Source: Bacteroidota bacterium (lineage in GTDB: Bacteria; Bacteroidota; Rhodothermia; Rhodothermales; Bin80). Taken from it: 64,000 bases of DNA. The translations under genes and the position numbers were made by a program. The notes beneath the pieces were generated by a model, which searched no databases, was not told the origin of the DNA, and worked only from the letters and a program-made list of their open reading frames with translations. The stretch is taken from the NCBI GenBank assembly GCA_028875125.1, contig JAPPGC010000106.1, forward strand, positions 5,217 to 69,216, read 5' to 3'. This document shows positions 1 to 10,816 of the stretch, piece after piece (positions within the stretch are counted from its first letter, which is position 1; each line of letters starts with the position of its first letter).

Positions 1-104
1 GTAAGCGTGATTTGGGCCAAGTGACGCTGGAGGAGGCCATTAAGCTTCTTAATGAGAAAGCCACCCGACCGCGCACGGTAAGAAGGCGGAGAAAAAAGGC
101 TTGA
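1..104 (+). CDS. 3' end of a gene that starts upstream of the window (partial)
   Basis: Frame 3 is open from nt 3 to TGA at 102-104 (KRDLGQVTLEEAIKLLNEKATRPRTVRRRRKKA*). The TLEEAxxLL motif plus basic tail resembles the C-terminal repeat of bacterial topoisomerase I, but 33 aa is too little to be sure. The stop overlaps the alr ATG (TGATG). Confidence 0.3.
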   Translation, partial: KRDLGQVTLEEAIKLLNEKATRPRTVRRRRKKA

Positions 105-1252
105 TGAAGCCCCGTGTATGGATGCGTGGAGTTTTCAGGAGGCTGAGAGCTCAGCGATACAAGTATCAGCGTCAAGTTCAGGTCAATGTGAGCCGATCGG
201 CCTTGGAGTCCAACCTGAAAGTATTCCAGAGGATATGTGGAAACGTAGCCGTAGCCCCTGTTCTTAAAAGCAATGCCTATGGTCACGGATTAGTTTATGT
301 AGCCCGAATACTTGACACGGCGGAATGTCCGTTCTTTGTAGTAGACGGGTACCATGAAGCATTGATTCTTCGGAATGAGGGCATCCGTACACCTCTCCTG
401 GTTATGGGATTCACACCCTCGGAAAACATCCTGGGCAGCCGGTTGCATAATGTAGCCTTCATGGTGGGAGATTTGGAACAACTCAAGACTCTGGCAACCC
501 ATCGCCAATCCCAATGCAGATTGCATCTTAAAGTTGATACCGGATTACATCGTCACGGCGTTGCACCTTCGGAGTTCAATGAGGCGTTGCGCCTTATTAC
601 CAGTGCACCTGGTTTGGAATTGGAGGGCATCTGCTCTCATTTTGCGGATGCCTCGGGCAGCGACACTGCTTTCACCAAGACACAGCTTACAGGATGGAAC
701 AGGCTGGTTGAACCACATCTCGATCGTGTGCGGTATTTACATATCGCCAATACCGCCGGAACCACCTGGACGCAGGAGGCTGTTGGGAATGTAGCAAGGG
801 TGGGACTCGGTTTGTACGGATATGACACCCATCCATCTCGCAGTCTGTCCCTTAAACCAGCTTTGTCCATCCAATCACGCCTGCGAAGTTTAAGGACGAT
901 TGATCCGGGCGAGAGGGTCGGCTATGGACTCACCTGGCAAGCTTCAGATGTCACTACACTAGCCTTGGTACCAACAGGATATAACGCCTGCGTAGACCAT
1001 CGTTTGTCGAATAAGGGGGCATTCAGGATTGAAGGTGCAGTTTGTCCGATCATTGGCCGTGTAAGTATGAATACGACCACGATCAATATCCCGCAGGTCA
1101 CAGATGCAAAACCCGGTCAGGTAGTCGAAATCATAGCATCAGATCCAGAGGCGGTTAATTCGGTGAGTAAAATTGCCAGCATTTGTAACACAACACCGCA
1201 TGTGATCCTTTCAGGGATCTCGCCGCTTCTGCGGCGGGTAATTGTAGAGTGA
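104..1252 (+). CDS. alr: Alanine racemase
   Basis: PLP-lysine motif VLKSNAYGHGL near the N-terminus. The length of about 380 aa and the C-terminal beta-domain motifs (RVGYG, GRVSMN) fit the family. ATG at 104; the track's 101 is a TTG. Confidence 0.9.
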   Translation: MKPRVWMRGVFRRLRAQRYKYQRQVQVNVSRSALESNLKVFQRICGNVAVAPVLKSNAYGHGLVYVARILDTAECPFFVVDGYHEALILRNEGIRTPLLVMGFTPSENILGSRLHNVAFMVGDLEQLKTLATHRQSQCRLHLKVDTGLHRHGVAPSEFNEALRLITSAPGLELEGICSHFADASGSDTAFTKTQLTGWNRLVEPHLDRVRYLHIANTAGTTWTQEAVGNVARVGLGLYGYDTHPSRSLSLKPALSIQSRLRSLRTIDPGERVGYGLTWQASDVTTLALVPTGYNACVDHRLSNKGAFRIEGAVCPIIGRVSMNTTTINIPQVTDAKPGQVVEIIASDPEAVNSVSKIASICNTTPHVILSGISPLLRRVIVE

Positions 1253-1261
1253 CAGCCAGTG

Positions 1262-2608
1262 TCAGGGGAGCCGGATGATTGGTTTAGAAGTTTTTCCAAC
1301 TGAAATTATATACATTCCCGCAGCCAGTGCGCTTGGGTACCAGCGAATATGGTTCTGCCCCTTTCTTGCAATGGAGGTGATCAGGCGTCCGTAGATGTCA
1401 GTAATGAACAGTTGATCAGGTGCATTGCTCGAGAGTGTGATGGTTATTGATTCTGTGAACGGGTTAGGGTAAGCTTCCAGTTTGATAGGTTCGGGGGCTT
1501 CATTGCGGGAGAGCACGTTGTTTTTTGCGAAGATGTGCACTGCTATGCCGGGTTCCGTGATGGCGTACTGATCTTTCCAAGCCACTATGGCGTGGCCGAA
1601 TGTGGCGCCGCCCTGGAGATTGACACGGCGCGAACCTGCCCCCAGTTCGTCAAGACGCAGAACCCATACGAACCCATGTTGTGCAGATGAGCTTGATGGG
1701 GCTCCAATAACGACATGATCTTCAGCCAGTGCGATACTGGTACCCGCATCTGTGGATGGTACTGGTGGAACTGGCGTGAACGAATAGGTCTGCTCCCAAT
1801 CGGACATCCCCAGAGTATAGATGTAGGCAAGCGAGGCACCGGGTGCACCCACGACTGCGCGCATGTATTGGTCGTACGTTCCCAAGGCAACGCTCGAGCC
1901 GAATGCATGCTCATATCCGGCAGAACCGCCACGAAGTTCGGCTTGGAGTCGCCAGTCTGAGCCAGAAGTTCTTTCATAGATATAGGCAAGACCAGCTCTT
2001 TCCCCGCGCGGCTCGTAGGCCTGAGGTGCGCCCACCAGCAGGGTTTCCGAATCCATAGCAAGCGCATGTCCGAAGGCCTCACCGCCGGACTCTCCGTTAA
2101 GTGTCTGCATCCAGTTCCATTCATTCTGTGGGGACTGTATATAGAGGTCTATACGTCCGCGCCCAAATTGATCTGCTGGGCTGCTCACAGCCACAAAAAT
2201 ACCGTGCACGGCCACTGCACGCCCATAGCCATCTGTATCCTGTGTAACGAAGCTAAGTGGCTGGGGAAGCTGGTTATCACGAAGATCATAAAAGTAAGCT
2301 CTTCGGTTTCCAGGGGCACCAGCGACCAATAAATGGCCGTCCGCGGCCAGGCTATAGCCTAAGCTGTCGTTCGCCGTGCCTTGTAACGTCAATGCAGGAG
2401 CCCAGCCTCCCTGTGGGTTTTGCCGATAGGTCCAGATCATACCGCTTCCACCACCCGCGCTGGGATCGCCAATTGCCAGAGTCGAATCTCCCGCAGCTAT
2501 TGAATGTCCGAATGCTGGTGTCAGAGCTTCAATTCGGTGCTGTGCGGCGATACAAGGGCATTTCAGAATGATTAAACCAAGTGCAGCTAGTCCAATAGAT
2601 CTGAGCAT
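1262..2608 (-). CDS. Secreted FG-GAP/integrin-alpha-like beta-propeller repeat protein with T9SS C-terminal sorting domain
   Basis: N-terminal signal peptide. About 7 repeats of the FGxxxAxxxxxLxVGAP type. The C-terminus (EAYPNPFTESITITL...GMYIISV...) matches the Por-secretion-tail pattern. Confidence 0.8.
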   Translation of the reverse strand: MLRSIGLAALGLIILKCPCIAAQHRIEALTPAFGHSIAAGDSTLAIGDPSAGGGSGMIWTYRQNPQGGWAPALTLQGTANDSLGYSLAADGHLLVAGAPGNRRAYFYDLRDNQLPQPLSFVTQDTDGYGRAVAVHGIFVAVSSPADQFGRGRIDLYIQSPQNEWNWMQTLNGESGGEAFGHALAMDSETLLVGAPQAYEPRGERAGLAYIYERTSGSDWRLQAELRGGSAGYEHAFGSSVALGTYDQYMRAVVGAPGASLAYIYTLGMSDWEQTYSFTPVPPVPSTDAGTSIALAEDHVVIGAPSSSSAQHGFVWVLRLDELGAGSRRVNLQGGATFGHAIVAWKDQYAITEPGIAVHIFAKNNVLSRNEAPEPIKLEAYPNPFTESITITLSSNAPDQLFITDIYGRLITSIARKGQNHIRWYPSALAAGMYIISVGKTSKPIIRLP

Positions 2609-3543
2609 CAGCGTCCTAAATCTGCATCTCCAAGTCGTAAGGTATACAGGATGTTGAGATAGCTCTCATAGCGTTCGTCGCTGATTCTTTCCTTCATATG
2701 TGCACGCTTCACAGCACAATCCGGTTCATGATCGTGTGTGCAGGCAGGGAAACGGCATCTTATAAGATGTGGCCTGAACTCCGGGAAGTGATGCGCAAGT
2801 TCCCATGGTTTAATGTCCAATAGACCAAATTCGCGTATGCCCGGTGTATCCATAACACTGCCACCAGTGATCAGTGAATGCAGTTCGGTATGTGCTGTAG
2901 TGTGACGTCCCTTACTTGTTTTGTTACTGATGGATTTTGTGGGAATATTTATCTCGGGATCAATAGCGTTAAGGAGCGAAGATTTACCAACGCCCGAAGG
3001 TCCCAATAGTACATTGACTTTGTCAGAAAAAAGATGGGACAAGGTCTTCAGGTTTAGCTTTTCCGCCACACTGGTCAACACGACTGGGTAACCCAACTGC
3101 CGGTAGTACTCATCCAGCTCCCTGATTGATACTGAGAGATCCGGTGCAGCCAGATCCATTTTATTGATCACCACACCCCCAGGAATGTCCTGCGTTTCGC
3201 AGGCAACTAGCAGGCGGTCAACCAGCCTCCAGTTCAGTGCGGGTTGTTGAGTTGCCTGAACGATCCAAATAAAATCAACATTTGCCACAAGAATTTGACG
3301 CTTTCTTACTTTACGTCCCGCAGCCCGGCGTTGCAGGCAGTTATATCGCTGATGGACTTGAGTGATTAATCCGGTTTTGTCATTTTGAATCACGAGACCG
3401 ACGCGATCACCTACGGCGATCGGCTGAGTACTGTTTTCGTGATCCAGACGCATTCGACCGCGAATGCGTGAAGGAATCACTTTCCCCTTGACCGAGACAT
3501 CAATCCAGATTCCGGTGGAACGAATCACTGTGCCGGTGTGCAT
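2608..3543 (-). CDS. rsgA: Ribosome small-subunit-dependent GTPase A
   Basis: Circularly permuted GTPase: NKMDL (G4) lies before GPSGVGKSSLLN (G1). There is a C-terminal zinc knuckle CRFPACTHDHEPDCAV and an N-terminal OB-like segment. Confidence 0.9.
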   Translation of the reverse strand: MHTGTVIRSTGIWIDVSVKGKVIPSRIRGRMRLDHENSTQPIAVGDRVGLVIQNDKTGLITQVHQRYNCLQRRAAGRKVRKRQILVANVDFIWIVQATQQPALNWRLVDRLLVACETQDIPGGVVINKMDLAAPDLSVSIRELDEYYRQLGYPVVLTSVAEKLNLKTLSHLFSDKVNVLLGPSGVGKSSLLNAIDPEINIPTKSISNKTSKGRHTTAHTELHSLITGGSVMDTPGIREFGLLDIKPWELAHHFPEFRPHLIRCRFPACTHDHEPDCAVKRAHMKERISDERYESYLNILYTLRLGDADLGR

Positions 3544-3625
3544 GAGCGTGAATGGTTAATCGCAACAGAGCGTCCGTGTACACGTATTACACGGACGTGG
3601 GTAATTTACTTAAGGCGCGCCGATA

Positions 3626-3856
3626 ATGAACACGAAACAGGAAGATAACCGTGACACGTTCGCCGAGGCGAAGCGTATATTTGAACAGCTTGGCCTGGAT
3701 CAAAAGGTTGAATTCATAGCCACGCAGACCCTGAACACAGCCGTCGAAGCCGCAAATGCTATTGTCGATTGCGTCTCCGAAGAGTGTTCTGAGATTTTCA
3801 GCTCTCCAGCGCAATCCACCGACGAGCAAGATTCTGCAGAAGCCGAGACAACCTAG
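3626..3856 (+). CDS. Small acidic hypothetical protein (76 aa)
   Basis: ORF only, with no recognisable motif. It lies between rsgA and lon on the opposite strand and overlaps the lon stop by 4 nt. Confidence 0.3.
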   Translation: MNTKQEDNRDTFAEAKRIFEQLGLDQKVEFIATQTLNTAVEAANAIVDCVSEECSEIFSSPAQSTDEQDSAEAETT

Positions 3857-6249
3857 GAGGAGGATGTCCCCTGGTGTGCACCATTACTCGGTGCAGGTGC
3901 CGTGAAGAATTCCCCGGGATGCCTGACTGCGGTAGTGTCTAGCGTCATGTCAAGTACCTGGCTCATCCGTCGGACATAGTGGACGTTCAGTCCCTCCAGC
4001 GTTTCGGGTTTAATCTCTTTTATGTCCTTCTCATTCTTGGACGGCAGGAGGACATGTTTAATCCCCGCTCTCCTTGCAGCCAGGACCTTTTCCTTGATGC
4101 CCCCAACGGGCAATACGAGGCCGCGGAGTGTGATTTCACCGGTCATCGCAAGGTCGTGCTGTACTTTCCGCTGCGAATAGATTGATACGAGTGCAGAGAG
4201 TAATGCAACACCGGCGCTGGGGCCGTCTTTTGAAACGGCGCCAGCGGGAACATGCACGTGTACATCGTAATGCTTGAAGGCGAGTTGCGGGATTTCCAGT
4301 TCATCAGCATGTGCCTTGATGTAGCTAAGGGCGGCTTTGGCGGACTCTTGCATAATGTCTCCCAGGCTACCGGTTAGAATAAGTTCGCCATTACCGCGGG
4401 AGACGGAGGCCTCGACAAACAGGATGTCGCCGCCTGTTGGTGTCCAAGCAAGTCCGGTGGCGACCCCGGGGACTTCAGTTCGTTCGGCTATTTCACTAAA
4501 GAACTTGCGGGCCCCTAGATACGTCTCGACATCATCCTTTGACACCGTCGACTCGGTGATTTCTTCGGCGGCTATTCTCTTTGCGACACCACGTGCCACG
4601 CTCCCAATTGTGCGTTCGAGGTTCCGGACTCCGGATTCACGGGTATATCCATCAATGATATAGTTTAGTGCTGCCTCATCAAGTGTGAGTTGTGTCTCGT
4701 CAAGGCCGTTACGCTCAATCTGGCGCGGGACTAGGTATCCTTGAGCGATTGCTAGTTTTTCCTCTTGGGTATATCCAGAGATCTCGATGGTTTCCGTGCG
4801 ATCTCTGAGTGGCGCAGGAATTGTATGCAGTGAATTCGCAGTCGTGATAAACAGCACCTTGGACAGGTCGTAATCCAGTTCCAGGTAGTGATCATTGAAG
4901 GCTTCGTTCTGCTCCGGGTCGAGCACCTCCAGTAATGCACTGGAAGGATCTCCTCTATGGATGTTCCCGATTTTATCAATTTCATCCAGCATGAACACTG
5001 GATTGGCAGAACCAGCTTTTTTAAGTCCCTGCAGTATGCGACCGGGCATTGCACCAATGTATGTACGTCGGTGACCGCGTATTTCCGCTTCATCATGTAC
5101 TCCTCCGAGGCTGACTCGGACGAATTTACGTTCCATGGCACGGGCAATGCTCCTACCTAGACTGGTTTTGCCAACTCCGGGAGGACCGTGAAAGCACAGA
5201 ATAGGAGCTTTCATATCTCCCTTGAGCTTGAGCACGGCTAAGTGCTCCAGAATGCGCTGCTTGACTTTTTCCAATCCGTGATGATCTTCCTCCAGTACCT
5301 GTTCAGCGTGCGCGATATCCAGTTGATCCTCAGTGTACTCAGTCCAGGGTAAGTCGAGAATCCAGTCTATGTAGTTACGATTAACCGCATAATCGGGCAT
5401 AACAGGGTTCGAACGTTCAAGCTTTTTCATCTCCTTCTCGAACACACTCATGACATGTTCAGGAAGGTTTTTTTCCTTAGCCCGCTCGTGCAATTCCGCA
5501 TGCTCATTGTCGCTTGATCCCTCTCCCAACTCATCCTGGATGGCCTTCATTTTCTGCCTAAGAAGAAATTCCCGTTGCTGCTTGTCTACATCATCACTCA
5601 TACGCGAACGGATTTTCTCAGAAACTTTCAGAACCTCAATTTCTTTGGTCAGGTGTTTGATCAGCAGTTCTGCACGATCTTTTAATGATGTAGTCTCAAG
5701 AAGCGCCTGTTTCTCCTGAACGCTGATTTGCAGTTGTGAGGCGATAAGGTTGATGAGCAAGGTGAGGGATTTGATTTTTTGTATGGCCTCTGCCGCCTCA
5801 TTTGGAAGGTTCGGTGAGAGGTCTACGATATCAATGGCCAGATTTGTTATTGAGTGCTTCAAGGCTTTTTTCTCTACATCGTTTGGTAGGTCTTCATATT
5901 CCTCAAGTGTCTCGATCTGTGCCTTGAAGTAGGGCGTTGACTGCGTGAATTCATTAACCTTGAATTGGGTCTCCCCTTGAATAATTATGTTTTTCCCCCC
6001 ATCCGGCATCTTGGTCATCTTCAGTATCGTAGCCGCAGTGCCTACGTTGAATAGATCTTCGGCCTCCGGGTTATCAATTTCGCGTTCCCGCTGAGAGATC
6101 ACCCCAAAGAGGTTGTTTTGGTTGACGGTACTGCGTATCAGTTGCAGTGAAGCATCGCGCCCTACTGTGATCGGCAGTATGGCTCCCGGGAAGAGGACCG
6201 TATTGCGGAGGACCAGAATAGGCAGTATCTGAGGATCAGACGTTTTCAT
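3853..6249 (-). CDS. lon: ATP-dependent Lon protease
   Basis: N-terminal LON substrate-binding domain, Walker [10 protein letters not shown], catalytic Ser motif DGPSAGVA and downstream Lys ([10 protein letters not shown]). 798 aa. Confidence 0.95.
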   Translation of the reverse strand: MKTSDPQILPILVLRNTVLFPGAILPITVGRDASLQLIRSTVNQNNLFGVISQREREIDNPEAEDLFNVGTAATILKMTKMPDGGKNIIIQGETQFKVNEFTQSTPYFKAQIETLEEYEDLPNDVEKKALKHSITNLAIDIVDLSPNLPNEAAEAIQKIKSLTLLINLIASQLQISVQEKQALLETTSLKDRAELLIKHLTKEIEVLKVSEKIRSRMSDDVDKQQREFLLRQKMKAIQDELGEGSSDNEHAELHERAKEKNLPEHVMSVFEKEMKKLERSNPVMPDYAVNRNYIDWILDLPWTEYTEDQLDIAHAEQVLEEDHHGLEKVKQRILEHLAVLKLKGDMKAPILCFHGPPGVGKTSLGRSIARAMERKFVRVSLGGVHDEAEIRGHRRTYIGAMPGRILQGLKKAGSANPVFMLDEIDKIGNIHRGDPSSALLEVLDPEQNEAFNDHYLELDYDLSKVLFITTANSLHTIPAPLRDRTETIEISGYTQEEKLAIAQGYLVPRQIERNGLDETQLTLDEAALNYIIDGYTRESGVRNLERTIGSVARGVAKRIAAEEITESTVSKDDVETYLGARKFFSEIAERTEVPGVATGLAWTPTGGDILFVEASVSRGNGELILTGSLGDIMQESAKAALSYIKAHADELEIPQLAFKHYDVHVHVPAGAVSKDGPSAGVALLSALVSIYSQRKVQHDLAMTGEITLRGLVLPVGGIKEKVLAARRAGIKHVLLPSKNEKDIKEIKPETLEGLNVHYVRRMSQVLDMTLDTTAVRHPGEFFTAPAPSNGAHQGTSSS

Positions 6250-6465
6250 TTCTGTCTTAGAGATTGGCGGGGGATGATTTTCTAGTCAGATTGTATGAGA
6301 ATAGCATTCAAGACCAGTAATACACAATGGAATTTAAGGAGGCTCAGTAGAGAAACTGGCAAAAACTGCGCCAATCAGAATATTGGATGACAAAATGTCG
6401 CTTTGGCCATGATTGGTAACCATTTGTTTTAATTCCACGTTCAATACCGAGCAGACGACGCTAAA

Positions 6466-7452
6466 ATGTGGCACAATGATATCTTAAATACAATCGGCAA
6501 CACCCCGGTTGTACAACTGAATCAATTGACGGAAGGTCTGTCATGCAGGGTTTTGGTTAAACTGGAGAGCTTTAATCCGGGAGGGTCCGTTAAGGATCGG
6601 ATTGGTGTTGCGATGATTTTGGCAGCGGAGAAGTCCGGTCAATTGAAGCCTAACGGCACACTGATTGAGGCTACAAGCGGGAATACTGGTGTGGGTATTG
6701 CACAGGCTGCAAGAGCGAGAGGCTACCGGTGTATCTTCGCGTTGACGGAGAAAGTGAGTCAGGAGAAACGGGATCTTCTCAGAGCCTTTGGGGCCGAATT
6801 GGTGATTTGTCCAACGGATGTCCCTCACGACGATCCACGCTCTTATTACAGCGTAGCTGAGAAGATTGCCGCAGAAGAGCAGGGTGGCATTTACCTTAAC
6901 CAGTACTTCAATGAAGCCAATGTGAATGCGCATTACCAAACCACCGGTCCGGAAATTTGGCAGCAGACACAAGGACGGATTACGCACTTCTTCGCGACGG
7001 CGAGTACGGGCGGCACAATCTCCGGAAGTGCGAGATACCTAAAGGAGCAAAATGCCAAGATCAGTGTAATTGGTATTGATCCCTGTGGGTCCACTTACTA
7101 TAAGTATTTTCATGAGGGCATTATTGATCCTGACGAGATATACAGCCATCAGATTGAAGGTGCGGGCAAAGAGTATTTGGCCGGAAACATGCACATGGAC
7201 CTCGTTGATGACTATATACGCGTGAGCGACAGGGACGCCATGCATATGGCACGGCGGTTAGTCAAAGAAGAGGCTATATTTGTAGGACCATCCAGTGGTC
7301 TTGCATTGGCTGGCGCACTTGAATGGCTCGAAAAACACGGTCAAGAACTTGCTCCAGATGCGCTGGCGTTGGTTTTGCTACCCGACTCGGGGATGAGATA
7401 CATGAGCAAGACTTTCAATGATCGTTGGATGCAAGCCAACAACCTAAACTGA
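6466..7452 (+). CDS. PLP-dependent cysteine synthase / cystathionine beta-synthase family protein (no CBS domains)
   Basis: KLESFNPGGSVKDR carries the PLP lysine. SGNTG is present, as is the TGGT phosphate-binding loop (ASTGGTISG). 328 aa. Confidence 0.85.
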   Translation: MWHNDILNTIGNTPVVQLNQLTEGLSCRVLVKLESFNPGGSVKDRIGVAMILAAEKSGQLKPNGTLIEATSGNTGVGIAQAARARGYRCIFALTEKVSQEKRDLLRAFGAELVICPTDVPHDDPRSYYSVAEKIAAEEQGGIYLNQYFNEANVNAHYQTTGPEIWQQTQGRITHFFATASTGGTISGSARYLKEQNAKISVIGIDPCGSTYYKYFHEGIIDPDEIYSHQIEGAGKEYLAGNMHMDLVDDYIRVSDRDAMHMARRLVKEEAIFVGPSSGLALAGALEWLEKHGQELAPDALALVLLPDSGMRYMSKTFNDRWMQANNLN

Positions 7453-7473
7453 TTCACAGAAAATCAAGCTACC

Positions 7474-7827
7474 ATGGCAGAGGACACTAACGAGATTGAT
7501 GATTTTTCCCAGCAGTCTGATCAAGAAAGCACGGATCTAAAGATTGAGTTAAGTGAAGCCGTTGCAGACGGTCAGTATGCCAATCTGGTTATGGTAGGAC
7601 ACTCGTCGGAGGAGTTTGTGCTGGATTTCATTCTTGTGATGCCGGGGATTCCAAGAGCCAAGGTCAAAAATCGGATAATTCTCACGCCACGGCATGCCAA
7701 ACGGATGTTACACGCTCTGGGGCAGAATATTGAAAAATTTGAGCATGCAAACGGAGAGATCCCGGGTAGTCCAGTACCAGAGCATCTGTCCGTTCAGTTT
7801 GGTGGTGGTCAGGTAGGGGAGGCGTAA
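7474..7827 (+). CDS. DUF3467-like small protein
   Basis: The core YANLVMVGHSSEEFVLDF resembles the DUF3467 signature. 117 aa with an acidic N-terminus. Confidence 0.55.
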   Translation: MAEDTNEIDDFSQQSDQESTDLKIELSEAVADGQYANLVMVGHSSEEFVLDFILVMPGIPRAKVKNRIILTPRHAKRMLHALGQNIEKFEHANGEIPGSPVPEHLSVQFGGGQVGEA

Positions 7828-8910
7828 CTACTTTCGAGTGGTGACTAATGCTACTATTGCACCGCACATGAACAGGGTATGTGGAAGTATGGTAGCCAGG
7901 AGTGGGTTCAATTCCTCCGTGTAGCCAAACGGTTCTATGAGTTTTTGTGCAGCGAGGTAGACAAAGGCGATCAATAGCGCGATTCCAATTTGTACGGCCT
8001 GCCCTCCACGTCTACGCCTGCAGGCTAGTGGGAGCGCAATGAGCATGACGATCAGGTTTGCTATGGGGTAGGCGAACTTGGAGTAGTATCCAATCATGGC
8101 GCGACCTGTATCTCCCACCCCGCTGCGCCGCAAGGCATCCACGTAACCAGTAGCAACGGGAATTGTCATTGACTCAATGTCTCTTTGTCTGCGGGCAAGA
8201 TCCCGGGGAAATACGAGAAGAACAGTGTCTAGAGGAGCAATTATTTGACGGCTCTCATCTCCATCATTGAATTTTCGGATGACAGCATACGAAAAATGCC
8301 ATAGAGAGTCCTGCCAAACCATTTGTTGACCATCCACGCGCTCCGTAAGCGTACCGTCAGTGCTGAATCGTTGCAGCTGAACCCTGTGGGCTGTGTTGGT
8401 TCGACGGTCAAAGTATCCTACAGTAACTACACTGGTGGGGTCGTTGCGTCGATGTATTTCGCTCACATAAAGCTGTTGTGTCCTGGTATTTATGTAGAGT
8501 TCGTCGTAGGATAGGACGGTCTGGTTAGTGTTTGGTACTATCCATCCTCCTGCAAAAAACATGAGCACACTCACAAACACCCCAATCAGGCAGTAGGGAA
8601 CCATGAAGCGTTGTAGCGCAACGCCGCTGGTTTGCAGCGCAACGATCTGAAATGACTGCGCCAGCCGGCCAGTAGTGAAGATTGCAGCAAGAAAAAGTGC
8701 AAGGGGCGATACCTGGCGGATTATGTCCGGGACAAAACTGGGGTAGTACACGAAATAGATATTCCGCATTGGAGCATTACGATCCAAAAAATCATCGATA
8801 TGCTCCAAGTAGTGAAGCAACACAAAGAAAATGACCAGAACCAACACCAGAAACACATACGTCCCCAATATCCGCCCCGTAATATGTCGGTCCATAGTAG
8901 TCAAGAACAT
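7828..8910 (-). CDS. LptF/LptG-family LPS export permease
   Basis: The N-terminal DRHITGRIL...F motif is typical of the YjgP/YjgQ family. The layout is 3 TM helices, a periplasmic beta-domain, then 3 TM helices. 360 aa. The start could be the Met at 8895. Confidence 0.75.
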   Translation of the reverse strand: MFLTTMDRHITGRILGTYVFLVLVLVIFFVLLHYLEHIDDFLDRNAPMRNIYFVYYPSFVPDIIRQVSPLALFLAAIFTTGRLAQSFQIVALQTSGVALQRFMVPYCLIGVFVSVLMFFAGGWIVPNTNQTVLSYDELYINTRTQQLYVSEIHRRNDPTSVVTVGYFDRRTNTAHRVQLQRFSTDGTLTERVDGQQMVWQDSLWHFSYAVIRKFNDGDESRQIIAPLDTVLLVFPRDLARRQRDIESMTIPVATGYVDALRRSGVGDTGRAMIGYYSKFAYPIANLIVMLIALPLACRRRRGGQAVQIGIALLIAFVYLAAQKLIEPFGYTEELNPLLATILPHTLFMCGAIVALVTTRK

Positions 8911-8988
8911 CTTGCGTTCACCTTATCATATTTTGAACAATAAGACAATAAGTATGTACCTGTCGGCGTCATAATCGTTCTGAATTAC

Positions 8989-10161
8989 ATGAAGGTTCAC
9001 GAGTATCAGGCTAAGAATATACTGGAAGAGTATGGTGTGGCTATGCAGCCTGGCGAAGCTGCCTCAACGGTCGCCGAGGCGGTAGAGGTTGCCCGGGGCA
9101 TGGTGCCGGTTCATGGGGAGTTGTTTGTTGTTAAGGCCCAAATTCACGCGGGTGGGCGTGGCAAGGGGGGTGGGGTAAAGCTGGCGCGCGGCCTGGATGA
9201 AGTAGCGGATGTAGCCGGGAAAATACTTGGCATGAATTTAGTTACGCATCAGACCGGTCCAGAAGGACAGCTGGTGCGTAAAGTTCTGGTAGCACCTGCC
9301 GTTGATATTGCAAAGGAGTACTACATAGGGGTAACCCTTGACCGGGCCCGCAGCCAACATGTAGTGATGGCCTCAACAGAAGGTGGTGTTGAAATAGAAA
9401 AAGTAGCTGCTGAAACACCGGACAAGATTCTCAAAGATTGGGCGGACCAGGGACTTGGTCTTCAAGGATTCCAAGCCCGACAATTAGCCTACGGGCTCGG
9501 CTTTATGGGCAAAACTGCGAGGCAGGCCGCAAGTTTTATAAGCTCACTCTTTGCTGCATACATAGGAGTCGATGCGTCTTTGGCTGAGATCAACCCGCTC
9601 GTACTTACCAAAGATGGTCGTGTGGTTGCTATTGATGCCAAGCTCAATTTGGATGATAATGCTTTGTATCGACACAAAGACCTGGCCGCACTCCGGGATT
9701 TGCACGAAGAGGATCCTTTGGAAGTGGAAGCGCATGCATCCAATTTGAATTATGTTAAACTGGATGGAAATGTTGGATGTATGGTAAATGGGGCGGGGCT
9801 GGCTATGGCGACCATGGATATCATCAAGCTTGCCGGGGGCAATCCTGCTAATTTCCTGGATGTCGGGGGTACTGCAAGTGCCGAAACCGTTGAGGCCGGA
9901 TTCCGCATCATACTAAAGGATTCAAACGTTCGCGCGGTGCTGGTGAATATATTTGGCGGTATTGTTCGCTGCGACCGGGTTGCTCGGGGCGTTGTAGAGG
10001 CTGCGCGCAACGTTGGAATTAGCGTTCCGCTGATTGTGCGGCTCCAGGGGACGAATGCTGTGGAGGGACAACGAGTATTGAACGAAAGCGGGATCGAACT
10101 TGAATCTGCCGTATTGTTTGAGCAGGCAGCAGACAAGGTACGTTTGGCGTTGGCAGCATAG
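8989..10161 (+). CDS. sucC: Succinate--CoA ligase (ADP-forming) beta subunit
   Basis: MKVHEYQAKNIL N-terminus, ATP-grasp domain and a C-terminal CoA-ligase domain (NIFGGIVRCD). 390 aa. Confidence 0.95.
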   Translation: MKVHEYQAKNILEEYGVAMQPGEAASTVAEAVEVARGMVPVHGELFVVKAQIHAGGRGKGGGVKLARGLDEVADVAGKILGMNLVTHQTGPEGQLVRKVLVAPAVDIAKEYYIGVTLDRARSQHVVMASTEGGVEIEKVAAETPDKILKDWADQGLGLQGFQARQLAYGLGFMGKTARQAASFISSLFAAYIGVDASLAEINPLVLTKDGRVVAIDAKLNLDDNALYRHKDLAALRDLHEEDPLEVEAHASNLNYVKLDGNVGCMVNGAGLAMATMDIIKLAGGNPANFLDVGGTASAETVEAGFRIILKDSNVRAVLVNIFGGIVRCDRVARGVVEAARNVGISVPLIVRLQGTNAVEGQRVLNESGIELESAVLFEQAADKVRLALAA

Positions 10162-10174
10162 ACATGATGGTTAC

Positions 10175-10585
10175 ATGAAGGAATCACAGACCATAGACAC
10201 GGTTGAGATAAGAGAGGGACTGGAAGATCTCACACCCCAACTGATCCGTATTCTTTATCGTCGGGCCCCCCTGCATCGTCCGGTTTCGAACCCAGAACGT
10301 TTATGGACTATGTTTGAGCGTGCATCTCTGGTACTCACAGCATGGAAAGGGACGCGTCTATTGGGCATAGCCCGGGTTCTGACGGATGGAGTGATGTACA
10401 GTTATCTCTGTGATCTGGCTGTGGAGCCTGATGTTCAGGGTTTGGGTATAGGTAAGCGCCTGATGAAAAGTGTGCAGGATCACTGTGAGGGCACGGAGCT
10501 CGTTCTCAGAAGCACATTGGGCCGGTTTCACAAGCATGCGGGGTTAAAAGCGGTCGATGATGTATGGGCTGTTAAATCCGGTTGA
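10175..10585 (+). CDS. GNAT-family N-acetyltransferase
   Basis: Acetyl-CoA-binding motif VEPDVQGLGIGKRLM. I moved the start to ATG 10175 to avoid overlap with sucC. Confidence 0.7.
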   Translation: MKESQTIDTVEIREGLEDLTPQLIRILYRRAPLHRPVSNPERLWTMFERASLVLTAWKGTRLLGIARVLTDGVMYSYLCDLAVEPDVQGLGIGKRLMKSVQDHCEGTELVLRSTLGRFHKHAGLKAVDDVWAVKSG

Positions 10586-10816
10586 GGGCGTCACATGCCC
10601 AAAGAAGATTCCAAAACGTATCCCCCACCAAGGGGATAAAGGGCTGCCGGGGCTTTGTGAGATACTCGTGAGCTACGGAACTTGCAGCGTATTCCGGCAC
10701 CACGGACAAACATTTTGCGATTTGTGTTGGCGGGGTAGCGTGTAGAAGCTCCGAATGGAGAGCATAAAAGGTCTCATTCTGCAAATTTGCCGCGTATGGG
10801 AGCATGGATTCTTTGC

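Noticed and set aside
1585-2571. Several 70-180-aa ORFs overlapping the FG-GAP/T9SS gene in other frames.
   Set aside because: They are nested within a 448-aa frame that has a signal peptide, regular FG-GAP repeats and a T9SS sorting tail. The alternatives carry no motifs.
6269-6312. Sigma-32-like heat-shock promoter upstream of lon (CTTGAA ... CCCCC on the minus strand).
   Set aside because: The spacer between the two elements is 33 nt, against the 13-17 nt required.
10572-10805. 77-aa minus-strand ORF just downstream of the LptD-like gene (and a 62-aa plus-strand ORF overlapping it).
   Set aside because: There is no motif, signal or coupling, and the two ORFs are mutually exclusive. I cannot support either one.
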